DNA from: Octopus sinensis
Taxonomy: Eukaryota
Reading direction: 5' to 3'
Length of the DNA stretch: 64,000 bases
Assembly (NCBI RefSeq): GCF_006345805.1
Contig: NC_042998.1
Location: 87,048,001-87,112,000, forward strand
A program made the position numbers and the translations under genes. The notes beneath the pieces were generated by a model. That model saw only the letters and a list, made by a program, of their open reading frames with translations, was not told where the DNA came from and ran no database searches. Shown here piece by piece: positions 26,301 to 38,514 of this stretch (position 1 is the stretch's first letter; each line of letters opens with the position of its first letter).

Positions 26301-28049
26301 AAAATATTTCCGTTTACCAACCTGAATAGATTTGTGATGCATCAACTAAGTTTTTTTTATCTCAAATCGTCCTTAATGTCGAAGTCCGGTCATCCATTCC
26401 TATATACTATATATTTGGTCAATGACAACTACATTATTCCAGATTAACTAGGGCTTCATTTGAAAGGGGGAATACTGAAGGTGTTTCTATTCCTAAGAGG
26501 CAAAGTTATGTCACATTGTTCTTTGGTTATTTTTTCTTTCAATAAAATTGCCAAGAAAGTTGACAAAATGCTTCAAGATATACTTCTTCCGTTATTATTA
26601 TTGTTGTTGTTGTTATTATTATTGCACTGGTGCTGGTGCCATGCAGTATAAAAAGCATTGGTGCTGGTGCCACATAAAAAATACTGATGCTCTTTCCACA
26701 TAAAAAGCACTTGTTCTGGTGCCACGTAAAAAGCATCCAGTACATTATGTAAAGTAGCTGGCGTTAAGAAGGGCATCCGGTTGTAGAAATCAAGACAAAG
26801 AAGTCTATGGAATCTGGTGTACCCACCACTGGCCTTGCCAGCTCCTGTCAAGCCATCCAAGTCATGCTAACATGGAAAACGGACGCTAAATGATTATTAT
26901 TATTATTATCCTGGCTCGTGTTTAAAATCTTTCTCTGGTTTACAACACTGACAAAGCTATTTTTTGTTATTGTCTGGGTTGTGCAAATTTCGGATATCGA
27001 CAACGTTTGTGTTTACATTACAAATGTATTCATTTTTATTTTACTCTGTATTTAGCAAACTGTTAATGTCTGTGTCTGCTGGTAATTGCATCTGTTTGCT
27101 TGATTGCTATAATGTTTTCTGTGCTATGTTGAAAATAATTCACAAAAATATAACGATAAATATTTCAATAAAGACTATTTGTCATAACAAATAAAATGCA
27201 ATTCGTAACTGAAGGTTCAATATAGTGTACACGAATCACTTTAATTGCTATAGGTTAAGGAGTCTCTTTGACATACCAAGCTGTAATCCGTCATGTCTTT
27301 TTGTCCACAAGTCACTGGTTGCCCAAATTTATTTATTCATACTAATAGTTTCAGATTTCAGGTTTTATAACAGTTTTCTAAGTCGTTTTCTAAGAAATAC
27401 AATTATTTTTCTGTTGCATAGAATAGAGAACGTCTAAAGTTTCTTACTTCTCTATACCACTAATGTCTTTCCACCTTTCTGAAATATGAGGGCTAATTAA
27501 CCCTAATTGACTGAGAACTTCTCCTAAGGGCTCTTTCACAACATGTTTGATCCTATTATTTCTTATCTCAAACTAAGTGAAGCCCAAAACTAAAATGGAC
27601 ACCCTCTCTATTGTCATCATCCACGTTTGTTTTAAGTTTAGATCAAATTCGGTCTGTATGAGTCAAAGTCGCAACCCATTTGTTTTAATGATAACAGTAT
27701 TTTTTCCTGCATGCAGCACGAAATCTGCAATTTATTGTGTTGAACTATTATTCTTTCTATAACTTTTTATGGATTGAAAAGGACTTCGTCAAGACGCCCC
27801 TACCAAAGTAAGACTTTTAATCTGTCGCCATGAGTAACCTTACGATAACTGAACAATTGCCGGGGAGTAAAAACGATTCAAAATTTTCTCAATGAAAAGA
27901 AAACACCTTGAATTCAATTGCAACTATTTTAACTATTCGTTCTACAGTTCCGTTTGATTGCAGATTTCATGGGGTCGTTTTCTAAGAAATACAATTATTT
28001 TTCTGTTGGATAGAACAGAGAACGTAATCTTGGAATTTGTAGATGTTGT

Positions 28050-30300
28050 CCGATACTCACCCTTTGGACACTCCTTCGAGAGAAAATTACTCGTAACACC
28101 TGAGTCATACGGTTGAACTTATTCATATCAATTTCTGGTCGTGCTGAAACACTAAAACAAGTATAAATTCAATATCATTAAAAGAGCATTGTCTATATAA
28201 ATTTACGACTCCGGGAATCTAACTCTTTGGTCCATGAAAACTTTTGAATATTTATGATTTTTGTGTAATTAGTCCTTGAAAAGCTAGGCTGCAATATTTC
28301 AAATTTTGGACTATTGCATCTAACAGTAAGGTCACAATGGACATCGGCATGAATATTTTTAACGATTTGCTTCCAGACTAATTCTAGGGAATAATACAAT
28401 CACCATTGCAAAAACATCGTTTTCTTGAGTTGAACTATGCTAAATTTGCTTATAGGGTTATTCAGTACTGGAACAGTTAGTCAATCCATCCATCCATCCA
28501 TCCATCCTTCCATCCAGCTCCTCTGCTCACTATTCCAGATAAGGTCAATAGGATTTGCTTAGTATCAGATCATAAAGTATTTCTGAAGCTTGTTGATCGA
28601 AATGCAATAGATCGAATACGCGGCCAACGGTTGCCGTCTAAAGTATAGTCACAAGAACACGTCGACATAAAGAATGGCTTTTCCTTTGACATATTTGATG
28701 CTGAAATCGAATGCCTTGAGTTGGTCAGCCCACATGAGTATCCTTGAAGATGGAACCCTTGGAAAGTCTTTGCAAGATGATTTCAAAATGTCTATGAGCA
28801 GAAATTTTAACATTGGGTGGTTATCTAATGATACAATTTACGATATAGACTGCTCATTAGTATCAGTTGTCAACGTAGCATCTTTGCTGCTATCAAATAT
28901 CATCCTCACACAAATTTTCAGCAACGCCACAGTTTTATTGTTTTAGAATATTTTGACAAATGCAACTATGAAAATTGAGAAGTCTTGAACGGGGATCCAA
29001 TGTTTTTCTTATTAAAAGATGGAAGAATGTTGTAAGCTGGTAGAATCGTTTGAGCGTCTGGAAAGTACTTTGCATATCTGTCTTGCATCTTCTCTGGGTT
29101 AATGAAATAAAGTATCATTTAAGTACTGAGGTTGGTGGTACCGACTAATCTCCTTCCCACTCAAAATTGCTGGCGTTGAACCCAAAATCGAAACCTTATT
29201 AAAGAGTGGATGAACATCTAATATTTTCAGTACTAAACGTAAATAGGGAAAAATCATTTCTTTTGAAATGTAAGATCTCGAAATGATATTTTGTTACACT
29301 TACAAATACATTTGGATGAATTGTTATACTTTACGTTTTTCAGTTGATCCTTGGTCTTCAAGTTTAACGTCTCCTTAGTATCTGCACCCAGACTTATATG
29401 ATTCTGATAGATTATTTCAGTTTTTACATCGTCTCCCAAAATGCATCGCACGTTGAAAAATGACACTTGCAGTTCATATCATAGAGCTTTTGTGTCTATC
29501 TCAACGAACCATTGGGGATATTAATTTTTCTACTACAGACACAAGGCCTGAAATTTTGAGGAGCGGCTGGTCAATTCCATCGACCCCAGTGCACAAAATT
29601 TCTATGCCAGCTGATAGGGGGACAAGTAGATTCATTATTAAGGTCCGGTTAAGAATCCAAACATTCGTTTGGTTTTCTCACCTATACAAAAATATCAATT
29701 GACAGTTTACGCGACTGAAAATATGACAGATGGATATTAATTTCTATCAAATCTTTTAGCATATCGATATCTTCAACATCAAGTACAATGGAGTTGACTC
29801 GCCTTGTGCTATTAACATTTATTGCATCACTGCTAACAAGAACATGACTTTGCTAAGTCATCGACTACTAGTAGTGCAATTTCATATTGTCCATCTGTAG
29901 CGTAATCAAGACATTTCTCTTTAATAAATACATAATTGTAGAATTTGTATTCGGTAAATTTCTTCATTGTGGCCAAATAATAAGGTATCTTATGAATGGA
30001 TGTTTCCCATGCGTGAAATATCCACTGTCAAAACACAAAATAATTTTTGCCATCGATGTATGAAGTTTATACATATGACATATTTCCCAGTTGTAGTTAT
30101 AACATTCTTGACTTATGGGACGTTATGATGCAAGTACCCAGTAAGTCTCATTTGTAGCAATTGAATTCTTATAGAAATCACAAATATTATGATCCATTGC
30201 AAAGCTAATGATTCTTGATACTGAGACATAAAACCGTTTGGTTCAGTAATGACTAAGTTCCTTTTAAGTCTCACATTATTCATTATCGTCTTCTGTATTT
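28050..30300 (-). mobile_element. Decayed Ty3/Gypsy LTR retrotransposon pol remnant
   Basis: Minus strand: RMFGFLTGP (~29640-29670, cf. RMPFGLTNAP), CILGDD and CKCNKISF (RT), SRILMWADQLKAFDFSIKYVKGK (~28680-28770, Gypsy RNase H end), then IHADVHC (integrase His region). Order RT-RH-IN fits Gypsy. LTRs not identified. Confidence 0.6.
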
Positions 30301-33246
30301 AGTAACATGACGTTTTCTATTTTAATGAAAGGCGGATAGTGAGGGTCATTAAGAGTTCGTTCATTAACGAACCTCCTTACCGGTCCTTCATAAAAATAAA
30401 CCCGTCATTTCCTTCATAACTACCTTTCAATTTTGTGATCGTAGCGACTGTGTGTCATTCGATTCATTTCCTCAACAAGAAATGGTATCGTGCTTTGGCG
30501 ATTTCATATTTCTCAAAAAACTAGCCCAAGAGTTAATATATATTACTTGGTCAATTCAAAAAATTTTCTAAATACAAACTTTGTGGTCATGAATATACAT
30601 TTACTGAAAGGAAAATGTCCTGAATTTAAAAGAAAAATGCTAATTGGGCAACAGAAATAAATAATAGTGCAACAAAAGAATAAACAAGGTTTAGCGTGTC
30701 TTAGGCCCTGGTATAATTACAATTCCTTGGTTTCAATGAGTCGTGTATAAACAGAGGAAAGAAATACAAGAAAACGAGTTGCAATTAACTGCTACACTTT
30801 ATTCAACCGCTAAATGAATCGGCACAGCAAACGTTGGTACATCTTAAATAATACTGTCTAAAGAAAATATACATATTTGTTTCTCATTCAGTTGGAACTT
30901 GGTGATGAGTGCTGGCAGAACAGGAACAGAAATACGTGACATGACTTCTTGGAGTCTCTCAAATCCGCTCTGCTTATAGGTATAATGGCCACAAGTAACG
31001 CCTCAAGGCTACCTGCAAATAACTCCCCTCTCTCCACCGAGATCCGAACTCAATCGTGTCTTCCCACCACAGTGATGAAAATAGGAAAGATTCTTCTATT
31101 TAAAGCTGCGGGAGGCTCCAGCGAGCAAACATAATTTTCCCGCACTGGGCTGGTCTGTCAGACAATGAATGGGATTGGACAGCCCGCGTAAAACCAGGAT
31201 TCGATCGATGAATACACCATCATGTGACCACTTGTAGAAAACGCGCGTATGAACCAATTTCTGTGTATTTAAGGTAGACAGCCGAATGATAAACATATTT
31301 CTGCTACAAGGGTAACAAAATAAACAAATAATTATATAAAAATCAAGCACTAATTGAAAAAGACATAATTTGTTAAAAATGGAAATTTGTGTAATCTACT
31401 CTAATAAGAACCCATAAGGTAGTCGTATCTGAGTATACCACGACTGTCCTCGTTTAATATGTATCGGAAAGCGATCTACTTAAACACGCCCCTAAGCATT
31501 TTCTGAGTAAACTGAACATTGATGAGCCCGAAATCTGGGGTAATGACCCCTTAACTGTTTTTAGACCGCTAGTGTAGTCTTTAATTAAAATCTTATCACA
31601 GGAGTGCAACTGGTATTTGCATATATATATATAACAGGCTTCTTTCAGTTTCCGTCTACCAAATCAATTTAACAAGGTTTCGATTGGCCCAACTCTTGCC
31701 CAAGTTTCTACGCAGTGGGACTGAACCTGAAACCATGTGAATGGGAAGCAAACTTCTTACTACGCACCCACGCCTTTAGGGTATTTTAATAAAGAAAGGA
31801 AAAATCGGTGTAAATTAAATAATTAAAAGTAACTGTATCCTTCGTTTGTTTCTACGATGAGTGTTCTAATTGTTCGATCAACTGAAGTTGCTTACTCTTT
31901 GCGTGCAAATGGCTGAATATTCTACAGACACACGTGCTTTTCACATAACTCATGTAAATACAGCATGGCATAATGTGTGACACAGTTGGTATTTTGAATT
32001 ACAAGTATAATTTATCTGAATGGATTCCACACAGTTTCACTCACTATCACTAGCTTAATCCGAAGCTATGGTAAAAGAAATTTACCATACATGCCACGAA
32101 GTGGGACTGAACCTGGAATCTCATGACTGCAAAATGAACTTCTTTACCACTTGGCCATGCCTGCTTCTGTGTTACATCAAGTAATATGAGAAGTGCTGCA
32201 TTTGAAAACGGATTTGATTTGTTAAATTAATTTATAAATCACACATTAATCAAAGCCGTCTCATTAATTTAATATGATTGTGCTTGATGTAATGCTAAAA
32301 TATTCCATTTAAGTGTGTGATACAGTCAAGTCGTCAAGAATTAAATTTATAGTAAGGGGTTCGAATTTCTGGTAACAGAATAGAAAGAGATATTTGCACA
32401 TACAGGCAGATTGTTAAATAATAAAATGATATACTGCATTAAATATTGGGAAATGAAATAATGCTAAAGCTAGGATTAAAATTTAAAAAACATGGGTTTG
32501 TATAATTGTTTCAAATCTTGGCACAAGGCCAGCAATTTCGGGGAATGGAGTAAGGCAAAGTCGACCTCAGTAGGATTGGAACTCAGTACATAAAGAGGGA
32601 TGAAATATTGCAAAGCATTTTGCCTGATGCGGTAAAAATTCTGCCAGCTCACCACCTTATGGACCTGAATACTGTATTATATTACATCAAATTATATTAT
32701 ATTATTTTATGCTAGTGGGATCCGTGGTAATTCCACAGAATGAAAAAGATTGAAAGAAGATATTTAAGAAAGAAAAGACAATTTACATTCTTATTTTTAT
32801 TTTGCTAAGTTATTTCACTTTCAGACACAATAACATATTATATGATTTTATAATTTCTCATCTGCTAAGCACTTTATATTTCTCTCTTTCTCTCTACTTC
32901 TTCAACAAATCTTTTTAGCCATGTAATTCCTCTCTTCATATCTTTAACATTTCTCTTTTTCTCTTCACCTCTCACTTCCACAAATCACCTGAGTGATAGC
33001 ATACTGTATTGGTTGATGTAATCAACTAGTCCCCCTCCAAAACAATTTGGAAGCCTTGCACCTCCTGTAAAAAAGATTATAGATTTAGTTCGATAAAAAA
33101 AATACTTTTCACTATCAACACACCACCATCATGACTATAGTTTTTAGTAATAAGGTTCACTTCATTTCATTTCAATCAAACTGTTTGTTTATGTCTACAT
33201 TTTTGCTGTTGTTGTGTCTCTTCTCTAACAATACAGATGCTATCTG

Positions 33247-33302
<56 letters not shown>

Positions 33303-33690
33303 AATGTAACTGCCTCCCATGTCCATTTCTCTCTATCTGCTTTTAACCTCACCACCAGAACATCACTTTCTGCTACATATTGTATCCTAAACATATCTCT
33401 TTCTCTTTACCTTTCCTTCCCCATCCTACGGTACATCGTTAACACTTCTGTCTCCCTCTTTTCCTCTCACCATCTTTTTCTCTCACTCTTTACCTCTCTC
33501 TTCATCTAACCACATAATACATTTGGCCTTATTATACATCTTTCTCTACTTTTTCCTCACTTCTTTCTTCTTTACTCACACTCCTCAACCCCCTCTCTCA
33601 CTTTTATTTCCCTCTGAGAGGGGAATAAAAGAATAAAACAAACTGAAGTATAATGGGGGAACAAGAAGCAGATTATTATATAGATAATAT

Positions 33691-33739
<49 letters not shown>

Positions 33740-35539
33740 TGTGTGTGTGTGTTTGACTGTGTGATATATAATTAGTCACACAGGTTCTCTACATTTTAAT
33801 TTGCATAGCTAAAACAGTTTGAGTACATAAACCTTCTTTTTGAAAATATACCAGGGATTATTAACTGATTAAATAAATATATAAAAATATAAGATCGTTT
33901 TCAGAATTGGAAGTAAAAACCTCTTACAGAGGTGGATATAGTCTTTCTTATCTTATGAAAGGCTTAAATTATTTAAACAGCCAGAGATTAGTTCGGAATT
34001 ACTGCAAGGAAGTGAAAAATTTTAGAGTTATACTCTGTATTCTTTGAATCTACAATGCAAATAGGGCCTGCCTGAATGCTTGCCTGGTTTAGCAAAACAA
34101 ATCAATACCTATTTAATGTTATAATTTACCTCAGGTTATTTAAATAATTACTTATTTATTTTGTCCTGCCTATTGGAATAAGTTCTTTATAACTGTGAGT
34201 GAATGCACACCTATGCAATTTAAAGTATTAATACCTTCCTTTCCTGTTGAGCACTGTTGCAATACAGTTGTGTCAAATTGAAAACGGTAGAAAAGCCACA
34301 TTGATTTATCAACTAAGAATAGTTCTTTCCCTTCAAACAAAAACTATCTTATACAGAAATTTTACACTTTATCAAAAAACTTGGGTAGAAAGTCATATAG
34401 AAAGACACACAAATATTGTGCAAACCCAAAATGTGGCTTACAAAGTAACTCCTGTCAAACATAATATTACAATAATTTGAGAATGTTTAGAAATACCAAG
34501 TTAAAAAATAAAAATAATTGAAAAATTTTATAGAAAAACTCAAATCTGAAATACAAGATGTTCAGTTTAAAGAGAAAAATAAACTTGTTTCCTTAGATGA
34601 AACAAAAATACCCATGAAATCAATTACTCATCCATAAATTTCATTCCACCACAGTTGCGAATGATTGTAAAATTACCTGCTTCATAACTTTACATGCTAT
34701 TAATTATGCAGAAAAAATGTAGCAGCTAACTAGAAACTGAAGAGAGGAAATAATTTTCAGAATTGCAAATTTGTACATTACTTTTAAGGATCATTAATCC
34801 AGTTCTTTCAATAGCCTATCAATTCAATCGAGACTGACATTGAAATAATTAGTGATTCCATCATCGGTAAGATAATTCCCAAATCAAAGGAGCTTCTTAT
34901 TTATCCCTTTAGAATAATTCCAATATAGTTATCTTATAGTTTAAATCCATATATAGCAAATAAAACTGCAAATTCATGTAATTTCATACACAGAACAAAT
35001 ACTCACCAGTTTCATAGCCTCTGTTGATGGATGTATTAGATTTTGCAAAGACGTTTTCATCAATCATTAATTTTGAAACTGATATAAATCTATGCATCAA
35101 GGAGATATATTATTATATAATAACAATATATGAATTAATAGATGCATGAACATTTTGTCTGACATCAGTATAGGAGCAAAGAGTTCAAGGGAGGTGAGCA
35201 GTATCACAGAACTCTAATATATCTTTCACTATTTAAAGTTTCTACATAATTTCAGAGCAGAAGTGAACAATATTGTGGGACTATATATTCTTCACCACTT
35301 AAATACCAAGTTCCCAGATATACTCAGAAGCTTATACAGGGATAGCAGAAATCTTATTCTTAGAAATATAGATAACAATTGAATGTAACTCCAAGATAGT
35401 AAATTATCCTGATGTTTTGTTCAGCTTAAGGAAATCCCAAGTCTCCTTGAAAGGAAAGCCAGATAAGTTATAGTATTACATGCATCGACCATCTAATCAT
35501 TCAAATAATATTTTACACTATTTCTTTTTTTTTTGTGGC

Positions 35540-36500
35540 TGGATTCCCACCCAGGCCACAGCAACTGAGTTTCCCTGGCACACTTCTAGGTCCATCATCA
35601 CTGCCTCGAAGCTCTGGATAATTCCAGGCCACTGCCTGCAATCAAGTTGTTGATGTAAGTGTGATGACGTTTTCCTCTTCTTACATCACCATGAAGTAGG
35701 TTCCACAAGACTAACTTGGATGCTTCCAGAGCAGAGTGGTGCATGCAGTGACCAGACAGTCACAGCTGTCTTTGCCTGATATTCTTGCTAACTATTGGCA
35801 GGTCTCCATAAAAATATTTATTTTTCATATGTTGCTGTCATTTCATATTTAGGGTCATTGATAGCATCCATTTAGCCTGTTCTATAATTTCTTTGTCAGT
35901 TCCCATGTTTCACTACCATATAATAGCACTGATTCGACAGTTGCAATGAACAGCTTGATTTCAATTTGCCGGGGCAATTTGAAGTTCCAGATTTCAAATT
36001 GTGTCTTTAGTTTGTGACTGGCTGTCCATGCTTGTGCTTTCCTGATCTTGATGTCTGTTTCTGAACTGCTCACTCAACCACCCAAGTACTTCAAGTCTTC
36101 AGCAACATTTAATTTGGAACCACTCAAAGCAAACAGTTCAGCATCACTTGATTTGTTGAAAGATATGTATTTAGTTTTCTATACATTTGTGTGTGATCCA
36201 GTTTTAGCAGCTGATATTTCTACTCTCATGAGCAGCAATTGTGCTTGATCTATTTCGTTAGATATGAATGTTCCAGAAGAACTAGTTCTTGCCATTGCAA
36301 AGACCTATGAGAAGACCAGACCTCATATGTTGTCATCTGATGGTAAAACAGAATTCTTTTAAATACCAGATGTGTTGCTACAAGGAGATACACATGCACT
36401 TACTTGTTTGGAATTGTATTGGATTATGCAATGTGGAGGTCATAGTTTCACCATATACTGCCAAAAATCACAGAGAGTACTATCACAGACCTGGACTTAT
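35540..36500. mobile_element. RTE-clade LINE with 5' inversion
   Basis: 35540-36275 (-) encodes ISNEIDQAQLLL...SSETDIKIRKAQAW...VESVLLYGSETW. 36285-36500 (+) encodes the preceding RT segment DGKTEFF...LQGDT...VLDYAM...ITDLD. Confidence 0.75.
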
Positions 36501-37587
36501 GTAAATTCTTCTCTCTATATATATCCAACCTGTCTTCCAGAATATTTCACTAAAGCATTAGATTATTGCAACAAAATATTATAATATAGCATTAGAAAAA
36601 TTAGATGCATACACATAACAACACACAAACTTACAATAAAGCCAATATGCGACAAAATATTACAATCCACCTTTGAATTAAAGAGTTTTCACCCTGTGAC
36701 CCAAAAATTCTTTAAACTACTCCAGAAAATTCTTTCCTTGGTCTCATAGCATAAAATGTTTGTAAAACATTTCTATTCATTCACACCAAATTTCATACTA
36801 TGTTTATTGAACATAAATCAAACTAAACTCTCTAGTTCCTCCATTATCCAAAATGAACGAGCTTTGTAACATGTCTGGTAGAATATTCACTCAACTGTAG
36901 ATGTATCTCCAAAGGTATTGCTTATTGTCTGGCAGTTAACATGGAAACTATGTTAAAATCTTATATTGGATTAACTGTCTGTTTGCTCAAGCTGTGCACC
37001 ACAGACACACTTCCCCAAAACAACTTACAAATACCAGATTAGTTTGCATGGTTACAGAGAGACTTTAAAAATAAAAAGTAAAATATAAAAATATGTGGAA
37101 ATTTATTTGTGTCACTAAAACCCATACAAACATTCAATTAAACCCACACAAACATTCAATTAAACCCACACAAACAGTCAATTAAACTGTGTTCATTTTA
37201 TATATGTATTTTAATATATACAAAGTATTGTTCTAAAATCTTTCACTCCTCAACAGAAATTCTGAACTAATCTCTTACTGTATGCATAAATAGTGATGTA
37301 TAAAAAATATTTTAGAACATCTATAGATTACAAATAGTATAAACTGCTTATGTGAGTATTTTTATCTTACTCTGAACATAAATTTATATATTATGCATTT
37401 TTTATCCCAACCAGCAAAAATAATCTAAGTTTTAATCTAATTCAAAATTTTGCATCAAAAGGTCAAATGCATATTTTACTTCATTTCTTAATTATGTATA
37501 CTAAAGATATCCTTAACCCTCATATTAACCTTTTTTACACAGAATCTCTCTCTCTCTCTCTCTCTCTCAGTCTCTTCTCCCTATATA

Positions 37588-37621
<34 letters not shown>

Positions 37622-37628
<7 letters not shown>

Positions 37629-37810
37629 GTGATTGAAGAAATGGAGCTGAGCAGATTGAACAGAAATCGTTTTATTTCATTCTACACGTGTTTCGAAAGG
37701 CACAAATTACCAAAATCCGATTGAATTTGTGCCTTTCGAAACACGTGTAGAATGAATAAAACGATTTCTGTTCAATCTGCGTTCAGCTCCATTTTCAATT
37801 CACCAATAAT
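37622..37810. repeat. Long fold-back palindrome (~86-bp arms, ~15-nt spacer)
   Basis: 37622-37708 is the reverse complement of 37724-37809, with a few small indels. Confidence 0.9.
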
Positions 37811-37958
37811 GTTTTAATTTCAATTATCCGCACCAACGCACGGTTGCAACGCCAGATGGTTGTACCTCCAACCGTGCTGTTCACTGCTGTGATTTTTGCT
37901 ACTAAGGTATCGGTTAAACTTTTGATAACCACTACAAGATTATTCATCTTTCTATTTC

Positions 37959-37996
<38 letters not shown>

Positions 37997-38514
37997 CATA
38001 CACTCATACATATATGTATGTGTGTATATATTACTAGCATTAAAGACTCAGCATTGCCGGGTCATTGTACTAGTGCATGTATATATGTGTACATATTACA
38101 TGTATATCTATATATATACATCTACACATAAAATACAATATACAAAGTTATATCTTGATATCGCTAGTGATAACAATACTCAAAATATATAACAGACTGG
38201 AATTGTTAGCCCATCTCTTGTAATTTCGATCAATTGTTTCTTGTCCTCCCTCTTGTATAGAACTGTGGCTACAATCCAGGCTACCTCTATTTCTGGGAGG
38301 GGGGAAGGGCATTTAAAATTTTTTTCCGGGACGTCCTACGTCCCTGATATAAAGGTAAAAATAAAATATTTCCACTTTGCAAGTTCAAGTCGAGTACTCC
38401 CTTGCACACTCCATTGACTCAACTTTGCTTCTATTGTGCCGAATTTACCGCCTCTGATTAGATATCTTTTATAGTCACACCAAGACACTTTTCGAAGGTG
38501 CTTTCCTCCATGTT

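Noticed and set aside
30890-30915. TGGTGATGAG as the primer-binding site of the Gypsy remnant
   Set aside because: It lies on the plus strand while the pol remnant is on the minus strand, and no LTR pair was found.
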